Positions 53,326 through 64,000 of a stretch of 64,000 bases of DNA are shown here, piece after piece. The stretch's first letter is position 1. Each line of letters starts with the position of its first letter. Source of the stretch: Moniliella sp. 'wahieum' (taxonomy: Eukaryota); the NCBI GenBank assembly GCA_003971905.1, contig RSEE01000001.1:1116001-1180000 (forward strand), read 5' to 3'. The position numbers and the translations under genes are program-made. The notes beneath the pieces are model-generated. The model saw only the letters and a list, made by a program, of their open reading frames with translations, was not told the DNA's origin and made no database searches.

Positions 53326-54417
53326 TTAGGCCTTGCCAATCTTCTTCATCTCAGCAAGCATCAACGCGCCAATTTGGGCAGGCGAATCGGCAACAATGGC
53401 GCCGGCCTTGGTCAAGGCCTCGACTTTAGCCTCCGCGGTACCCTTGCCACCCGAGATGATGGCGCCGGCGTGGCCCATGCGGCGGCCAGGAGGTGCGGTG
53501 CGGCCGGCAATGAAGGAGACGACAGGCTTAGGCACTGCACGGGTCTTGTTGTACTTCTCCAGGTACTCTGCCGCATCCTCCTCCATTGACCCAATCTCAC
53601 CAATCAGCACGATCCCTTCGTCTCCGGGTCATGGACCAGGAGCTTAACCAAATCCAGCGACGTCGAGCCAGGGTAGGGGTCTCCACCAATGCCCACCACA
53701 ATGCTCTGTCCAAGACCGACGTTGGTGGTCTGGTTGACGGCCTCGTAAGTGAGCGTGCCGGAGCGCGATGCAATCCCAATCGTTCCCGGGGTGTGGATGT
53801 GGCCGGGCATGATGCCAATCTTGCAGCCTTTGGGGTTGATCACACCAGGGCAGTTGGGCCCAACCATGCGCGACTTGCTTTGGGAGCGCAGCGCATCCGC
53901 AATCACAATCTCGTCTTTTTGAGGAATGCCCTCGGTGATGGTAACAATCAGAGGGATCTCATTCTCAATCGCGTCCAGCACAGCCGCCATGGCAGCTGGG
54001 GGCGGCACATACACCACCGTTGCATCCGGCTTGGTCTCACGCACCGCCTCCTGCACCGACGCAAACACGGGCAGACCAAGGTGCGTGGTGCCAGCCTTTT
54101 TGGGGCTGACCCCACCCACAAGCTTAGTGCCATACGCAAGCGCCTGTTGCGAGTGGAACGTCGCCTACAAAACAAGGGTGTGTTAGCCGTTGTGCAAGAG
54201 CCAAGCCAAGCAAAGCAAAGTAAAGCCAAGGCCAGGCCAGGCCAACCTACCGTTTTGCCAGTGAAGCCCTGGGTCAGGACCTTGGAGTCGGCGCGGACCA
54301 TGATGTTGGGGATGGTGTCCTCGTACGAACGACGGGCGGCCGAGTGGCGAGCCCACGCAGGGCGGTGCGGGCGAGCGGGGCGGCAGCGCGCGCAGACAGA
54401 CGAGTGGGAAGAAGCAT
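53326..54417 (-). CDS. LSC1: Succinyl-CoA ligase alpha subunit; intron 54165-54250
   Basis: [63 protein letters not shown]. Confidence 0.96.
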
Positions 54418-55236
54418 GGAGCGGATGGTGGTGGTGGACCAGCCGGGGGCGCCAGCGTGGTCGCCAGCGTGGTCGCCAGTGGTCTAGGTGTGCCCGACGA
54501 TATACACTGCCACTGCTCGCCAGGCATGCCGAGGGCGCAGGCGGGCGCAGGGCGACTGTGCGCCCGGCTGGCGGTGATTCTGGTTATGGCTCTGGGAGCA
54601 CACGCGCCCCGTGCGCGCCGGCAGGATGTGGTCATGCATCATGGCAGGGCGTTGGGACGGGTGACTGTGACATGGGCCGCAGGCCAAGCGGCCTCCTCCG
54701 TCGGCTGGCGCCAGGGGAGGAAGAACGTGCCCGTGACGGACACATGCTGCGCCCGTGCCTGTGTCTGCCGAACTTCCGCGCCACCCGCCCGGGCAGGGGG
54801 GCACACAGCCGCACCAGCGCCCACGCCCACTAGGCCACTGCCTCGTCACTTGCTGCGTCGCAGCCCAACCAGGTGCAGTAGGGTTGCTCCGCTCGACCTG
54901 CCTGCGTGCTGCCTCCGGCCTAGGCCACACGCTTCAAACTGCCTCTGCAGCTCAAGCTTCCAGCTTCCAGCTTCAAGGTTTGCGTACAAGGAACTGCCAA
55001 AAAAGCTCCTACCTAACCTCTCCTACCGCCGCCCCAGCGCCCCCACCGTCGACCACCCCTAGCCCCACGTCCACCTGTCATAGCTGTAGACAGCTGGCCG
55101 GAAGAAATCAAAACCGAGATGGTTCTACCAAGACAACTTGGAAGTTCCCCTGCTCCTTGGGCGACGGAGCTGGATGCAACCAGGAAGGCTCTGAGATCTG
55201 AACCAACCTAACTATGGCAACGCGATGCTCTATCTA

Positions 55237-57571
<2,335 letters not shown>

Positions 57572-57977
57572 GGCGGGCGAGGGTCGGGGGTGGGTGGTGG
57601 AAGGCGATTTGGTTTTCATTTTTTCACTGGTGAGGCGGCCCTTTGAGCCGCCATCGTTAAAAAAAGGTGGGAGCGGAATGCGCGCAGTCGGGTCCGGGCG
57701 GAATGGAGTTGGATTGTCGATGATCGATCGATGATCATTATCGATGGCCACTGCACTCTGGCCTTGCAGTATGGACTAGACCCTTTCAGCGGCCTTCAGA
57801 CGCAATGATATGCACGATCGGGAGGTTGTGTAGGCTCACTTTCTTCCCCCCTCCTTATGAACGTGCTTCTACAAGCCTCCCCTGTCCCTCCTCTCTTTCC
57901 TGTACCCACTCGAGACTACTTACCCCAACCGCAAAAGCATCTTGGTACTCATTCATGGACCTGGGGGTTTAGAACGT

Positions 57978-58967
57978 TTAGAGCTCTGTCGACGTGATCA
58001 CCGTCTCGACCAAGAGGCGCATCTGCTCGGCCTTGCGGCGCCCGACCTCCATCACCTCCTCGTGGTTCGCAGCAGCCAGATCCTTGGAACCTTGGTCTTG
58101 TCCCTTGTTGTCGCGCAGGGCGGCGCGGGCGTCGAGATAGTCATCCACCACCACCTTGTTCGTAATGAGGCTGAGAGCAAGCACACGCATCCCTGCATGG
58201 TGGGCAGCCACCACCTCCGGCGCCGTGCTCATCCCCACACAGTCGCCTCCGATCTGGCGAAGGAAGCGACTTTCGGCCCGGGACTCATACGTAGGCCAGC
58301 AACGTGCACGTACGTTCCCTGCTGCAGGTCGGCCTCGGGAATCTGCAACGCATTCGCCGCTTTAAACAGAGCAAGACGGAGCGGGATGTCATACGCTTCG
58401 AAAGGGGTGGGAACCGCGGTCCGAAAGCGGCCAGGTTGGGACCCACCAAAGGCCCAGCACCCTGAGAAATGGTTAGCCGCTACAACCAAAGAGAGGAGGG
58501 GAAGGGACGTACGCTCAAACCAGGGAAGGAGATATGGTCATGGAGAGCAACGATGGTGCCGACATCAAACTTGGGGTTGATGCCGCCGCCGCGTTGGTCA
58601 CGACGATGGCCTGAGCACCAAGGGCACGGAACAGGCGGGTGGGGAAGACGACTTCCTTGAGGCGGAAAGCCCTCATAGCCATGGAAGCGGCCCAGGCAAG
58701 CGACACTGGCACCGTCTTCTCCCCCTTAAGGAACCCAAGGGCAAGCAGGGACTTGTGTCCCTCCGTGGTGGTCTGGGGGAAACCGGGGATGTCGCTGTAG
58801 GGGATCTCGATCTTATCATGCAGATGGTCTCCGAGGCCAGCCAGGCCCGAGCCACAGATGATGCCCCACTGGGGGTATTGCAGCGCAGGGGGAACACGCG
58901 CACGCACTCCGCCCACAGCGGTCTGGAAGGCTTCGGGAAGCAACGACAGGTCAAGAGGGGCGAGCAT
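57978..58967 (-). CDS. PNP1: Purine nucleoside phosphorylase (trimeric PNP); one probable intron ~58462-58512
   Basis: GIICGSGL, IPYSDIPGFP..EGH, IVVTNAA, GTYVHVAG, GMSTAPEVVAAHHAGMRVLALSLITN, ANHEEVM. Confidence 0.94.
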
Positions 58968-59319
58968 GGTAGTGGGTGGTGGTCGGGGGGGAATGAGGTC
59001 ACCGCTAACCGAGGCAAGTAATCGAGCCACGCTTCCAGTGGCTGCAACCATGCTGCGGTGTCCATTGGCTGGGCCATGCGGAATTTAGATCTCGTCACAT
59101 ATTCCAGCCCTTCGTCACGCCCTGGTTTGCAAGGTTTCGCAGGGCTTCGCAGTAAGCGGGGTAAACGTGGTAAACATGAATGTGGTAAAGGTGGTAAATG
59201 TGAAACGTAAAATACGTCAAGCGTCAGCCTCTTCCTCTCCTTCTATTCCCCCTTCTCCTCCCTCTGACTGCTTGCAAGATGTGGGTATAATGGCCTCCCT
59301 CGCTCAATTTAATGGTCCA

Positions 59320-60420
59320 TAGTTACAGTTTGGCCTGAGACCAGGCGAAGCGACTTGTAACACAGGCGCTCAATAACGTCTTCGGTACTCGTCTGAGCAT
59401 GCGCATCACTGTGCCATCAAAACATGTAAACACCACACGCAGTCCTTGATCCGCGGCCCCCCTCTCATATATGGGCAAGAAGAGTAGGGAAGCAATGCTC
59501 CTGATAATCAGCCCACTCCCACCATCTGGAGAAAGACAGCCAGTGCCCTTTGCTCTCCGAGTAATAGGGCGTGCCGCGAGACCCGTATCCCCAAAGGTAC
59601 AATGCCCTTCTGGTCCTCGGGTAAGGCAAGGGTCAGTGGAAAGGATACGGTCTCCCTGAGCGACGTACTAGGCAGGGGTAAGGAAGGTGTGAGTGTTTTG
59701 GCGCCTCGGTGAGATAATGTTATCGACGGTATAAGGACGCTCCACAGGAGTGTAGTCGAGCAGACTACGGCCCTTCGGCATAGCTAAAACCCGTGCCCCT
59801 CAGTAGGACGTCCTAGTACTTTACCCAAGGGCAGACGCGAAAAAGGATGCCTCACACTGGACCACTTCGACGGAAAAAAGTGCCATTAAGAGTAGGGTGT
59901 TAGTACATCATCAGCCATAGAATGGCTACTGCGCGATGGGGGCTCATTAATCATGTGCATATCGGCCTGGATGAGCGTGATGTGTAAACCACTTTCCCTT
60001 GCTCAAAGGAAAAAAGCAGCAAAGCGATCCCGTCGGAAAGCGCTAATGAAAACGAGAGACTACGAGTCTAAAACTGAAGAGCTGAAGCAAGCGTGGGCAA
60101 CATGATGGAGAGATGGCGACATGCCCGCTGAGAGGGAGGATGTAAAGCGGGAAAACCCTGAAGCTCTTCAAAGAAGTGCGATTTCTGCATAACAAACATG
60201 ATAGCGGAACCTGTTCCAGTTTGAGAGGCGAGAGGTGACCGATAACCAGAGATGAGTGCTGCGCACGACGTGCAAGCTGGCAGGGCCAGTCTGCAGAAGC
60301 TTGAATGGTTAACTGATGGGTTGATACGAATGCGGGCACATAGTAAAGAGTACGAGGCGGGCCACTTGAAACACTTGAAGCAGAACATTGTACGGCCACA
60401 ACGCCCAAAGCCCAGGACTG
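59320..60420 (-). ncRNA. Candidate long structured non-coding RNA (identity unproven; telomerase-RNA-like hypothesis)
   Basis: No credible ORF; many hairpins and long-range stems whose imperfect pairs are G-U on the minus strand. Confidence 0.45.
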
Positions 60421-60462
60421 GTCACCATGTCGGAGGGGGAAAACTAAGGGTAGTCGTTCCAG

Positions 60463-60771
60463 TTAGGGCTTGGCGCTTGGAGTCGGCTCAGGGGGAGACT
60501 CTAAGGGTTTAGGCGGCCCCGTTCCAAGGGTGCTGTTGAACCAATTAGTCCAGGATCTGCCTGGGTCCACAATGTTGTCGGACGCGTCGAGTGCGAGGGC
60601 TTGGCACTCGGGGTCGGATGAAGCTTCTTTTAGTGTGATTCCCTTCTTTGCTGCGGCTTCGGCGAGAGCAGCATCATAGGCCCGCATTGGAGGAATGACG
60701 ACCCAAGCGGAGGTGAGGATTCCCACCACGGATGCGACCATGGGCGCGCGCCATCGCTTGCTGAATGACAT
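60463..60771 (-). CDS. Small orphan protein (102 aa) with one N-terminal hydrophobic segment
   Basis: Clean ORF MSFSKRWRAPMVASVVGILTSAWVVIPPMRAYDAALAEAAAKKG...SAKP*; GCCATG start context. Confidence 0.65.
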   Translation of the reverse strand: MSFSKRWRAPMVASVVGILTSAWVVIPPMRAYDAALAEAAAKKGITLKEASSDPECQALALDASDNIVDPGRSWTNWFNSTLGTGPPKPLESPPEPTPSAKP

Positions 60772-61606
60772 GGCGAAGTGTGGAGTGGGCGGTGGAGCAA
60801 GCGGGACGGCCTGTAGTTGGGGAGTCCTGCGTATGCTGAGGCCCAGCAGCCGGAGCGATTCCTTGGCGCCTGTGGCCGATAGCGGAATCGGTGCGCGGAA
60901 CAAGAGGTGGACCGAGAAGCGCATCAGATGTAACGCGTCACGCGTCACGCGTCATCCGTCAGCGCATCCTGCGATGCGTCAGCTCCCCAGGGCACAGAAC
61001 CGAGATGGAAGCGCGGAATAGCCGTGCCTCCTTCGCATTCCGCCTGGATCCCAAAGATGCGCCTTGGGCATGGATGCCCTGGCGGGATTGGGCTGCAGTT
61101 GCACACGTCGAGGCAGGACACCCGGCGCGCACCTGTCCGGCATGCTCATCCGGCGTACCAACCTGGGCAAAAAGCCAGTGGGGTCGCCCGCAGGAGTGTG
61201 TTTGTGGGCGCCCTTCTGGCTCCCGCCATTCGCCTCCAAACCCGACGTAGCGCGCTTGGATACGAATGAGCGTGGCGGGCGTGTGTGCAATGAAAGCCAT
61301 TTCCAACGATGCATGATGAAGCAAGCTGTGCGAGGGACAGTCTGAGTACCCAGGCTGGTTCTGAGCGCACTCCGGACTCAGCGGCTGCCCGTGACTAGTG
61401 AGACCAGCCAGCCACATGCGACTCAGACCGAGTACTGATTACCTGCGCCTGTCATGCACATGCACCTCACGGGCGTGCAAGCGAATAGATAGCCCTGTCT
61501 CTTCTGCCTCACCACCTCATTTCCCTCCCCGCCGTTCCTCCTCCTTCCCTTGGCTCCCCCACCTCACGCCCCCTCCCTGCCTCCGCCCGCCGCGTCCTCC
61601 CTGGCC

Positions 61607-63455
61607 ATGGCGACCACCCTGCCATGGCAAGGAAGCCTCCCCCTGCCGCCCCAACCCGAGCCTGCGCAGCAAGCCGCCCCACCTGTGGTTCCGTATCCAG
61701 ACAACGTATATTACCCCCCTCCCTACGACCAGTACGCCGCCTACCCTTACACCTCTGCAGTGCCCGCACCCTTCCCGCCTCATCAGCCACCCCAGCAGGA
61801 ACCTGAGCCACCCCTCTTCCCCACCCTCTTCCCTGCACGCCCACCCGCCCAACCCCAACCCCAGCCCCAACGTCAGCCACCCCTCCCTTCATCCCAGCCT
61901 CAGCCTCAGTCTTATTCTCAACCTCTTACTCATCCTCAACCCCAACATCAACCCGACCACATCCTCAACCTCGACCACATCCTCAACCTCAACCTTACCA
62001 TCAACCTCCCCACCAGCCCACCCCCAGAATGAGCCTCAGCCCGAGCCCAGCAGCAACGCGAGCAACGACATGCCTGCAGACTCCCCTCCGCCAGTACAAC
62101 CAGCGCGGCGCGGGCGCCCTCCTAAGCCTGGGTCGCGGGGGTCGAAGCGTCGTGCACGCCTGGCCGCGCAAGCTGCTTTAGAAGAAGCCCAAGCTACAGC
62201 ACTAAGGGAGAAGGAGCGCGCCGCAGCCGAAGCCGTGGCGGCCCTGGAGGCCCTCGATTCCCAACTCCCTCTTTCCGCTGAGGTCGGGGCCGAGTTCCCT
62301 CGGCCCCCGGACATCGATCTTCTGGCGCCCTTAGGCGACATAATGGGTCAGCTCGCGCACACCGCTCAGAATGCTGCACGATTCCTGCACCTTTCGCCGC
62401 CGAGCGCCGGAGAAGTGTCGGCAGCTGCAGCGACCCAAGCGGCCGAAGATGCGTTAAATCTGAACCCGCTCATTCCCCGATCCAAGCCCGGACGCAAGCC
62501 ATTGAATGACGTGCCAGCAACCAAACGAACAGCACAGAATCGGGCGTCGCAACGCGCCTTCCGCGAGCGCAGGCAAGCGCACCTCATGGAATTGGAGGCA
62601 AAGGTTGAGCGCTATGAGCGGGAACGCACCGAGATGGCCGCTGCCCTCACTTTCCTAGCTACCATGGTAGCCAAGCAGCAACCCCGTTGCGCCATGCTCG
62701 AAGCCGAACTGGCTCAGCTCAAGGAGGAAAGAAGTTGCCTTCCAAAAGATGGACTCCTGGACCTGTCCAGGAATGAACCTCCCCCGCCAAGGGTGCCTCA
62801 CGGGAACGAACGAGAGGAAAGAGGCCCCGACGATAGGGAACTCCCACCCCTTCGTCCAGCTACACTTTCGCTCCCGCGTCTCGCATCCCTGCCTTCTTTT
62901 GGGGATTTTTCCCCGCTCTCCAGTCGAGCACCCAGTCAAGCCAGCGCGTCCATGCCTCGATCGCATGCGGGTTGGGGACCCGGACAGGAGTGTCCAACAT
63001 GCGAGCCGGGCTGGTGTACATGCGGTGGCGGGGGCGACGACCTGCCGCCGATGGAGGAGCTGATGCTGGATCGGCGCGAGAGCCGGCACGGTTCGAGGGA
63101 TGGACGATCGTCCCGGGGGGAAGCGCTCCCTTTGCTCTTGCCTCTTCGACGAAGGCAGCCCTCGCCCGAGATGCGGCGCAAAAAGCCGAAACTGTGGAGT
63201 GTGTCGGAGCGGCAGCCGGCGCTGGGGGCATGGGGATCCGCCCCGGCGCCTCGGCGTGCCTCGGGAACAGCCTCACTCCTAGGCTCGGGGGCTCGGAGTG
63301 GAGCGTCGCTAGCACGTACCAGTGGCCCGACCTCGAGGAGAACGCAGTCCACATCTCACAGCGGACAGGGCTCCTCCATCTTTTCAGGTTCAGGTTCCGG
63401 TTCTCGCCCACCCTCAATCCGCCTTGGTTCGGTGGAACCCGAGTGGAGGGAGTAG
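61607..63455 (+). CDS. Yap/HapX-like bZIP transcription factor with AT-hook and Cys cluster
   Basis: RRGRPPK AT-hook; LIPRSKPGRKP followed by KRTAQNRASQRAFRERRQAHLMELEAKV bZIP; CPTCEPGWCTC. Confidence 0.85.
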
Positions 63456-64000
63456 GGATGCATCGGATCGATTGGGATGTGTTGTACAATTATCGATGGA
63501 GACCAGAGACGGGATGCAGGCACATTAGTAGGTAAACTGGAGGATGGTTGCGAACATGGCTCGCGACCCATCTGGGAAATGCGTGGGTAGGGCATGGGGA
63601 GTGCTTTCTCCACTGCAGCCGGTGGTCAGAAGGTGCATCGACCGGAGCTCAACGTCACAGATTGGTTACGATGGATGAGTGGAGGTTTCGGGGCCAGGAA
63701 AGAAAGCGACCGACCGGTACGTTCGAATGACCCCTGCTGAGATGTTCAGACGTCGGCGCTGCGCGGTGTAAAGGTCTGCAGCGGCAGGGCCTCGCAAGAC
63801 TTGCTAGCAGGGCCCATACCTGGGCTATGCCTGGTCTATACCTGGCGTATGCCTGGGCCGGTCTGGCTTGCAGCGCCCATCAGCGCCAGCCTCGGTTATT
63901 AGCAGCGGAGTCCCGCGTTGGCGGACAGTGGCCCCGTGTCCAGGGGGACACTGTGCGAGTGTCGGCACTGTCGGCTAATGGCCCGCCGGTCCCAGGCGCG

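Noticed and set aside
59800..59914. CTGATGA as hammerhead core or snoRNA C box with a downstream CTGA
   Set aside because: No GAAA/NUH geometry, no recognisable rRNA guide and no terminal stem
59936..59948. ATGGGGGCTCATT as the RNase MRP P4 3' strand
   Set aside because: No matching GAAAGNCCCC-type CR-I upstream, and wobble pairs favour the opposite strand
60503..60512. CCTAAACCCT as a TTTAGGG telomerase template
   Set aside because: Lies within the coding ORF (Pro-Lys-Pro) and is short enough to occur by chance

Overview
Eukaryotic, intron-poor fungal genomic DNA, most likely a basidiomycete of the Ustilaginomycotina type (inferred from protein sequences and short GT-AG introns). Almost every conserved gene has many single-base frameshifts, typical of an unpolished long-read consensus, so CDS boundaries are approximate. 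Recognisable genes: coatomer gamma, a GPAT/DHAPAT acyltransferase, a secreted chitin deacetylase, CWF19L1, NAA30/MAK3, SRP receptor beta, a divergent MSP/VAP protein, a head-to-head HSP60-HSP10 pair, PTH2, VIP1/PPIP5K, a small cytochrome b5 protein, phosphoglycerate dehydrogenase, 2-methylcitrate synthase, succinyl-CoA ligase alpha, PRP43, purine nucleoside phosphorylase and a HapX-like bZIP factor. There are two intact tRNA genes and a D-armless tRNA-Ser relic. Highlights: (1) a ~1.1 kb non-coding, densely self-complementary minus-strand region behind a small orphan ORF, a candidate mRNA-3'UTR-derived structured RNA and possibly telomerase RNA; (2) pervasive intergenic 7-bp-period arrays built from many different ANNNNT palindromes plus one spacer base; (3) a young 1.18 kb non-autonomous LTR element (TRIM-like) with 240-bp LTRs, a 5-bp TSD and no obvious PBS/PPT, inside a ~9 kb gene-poor interval.
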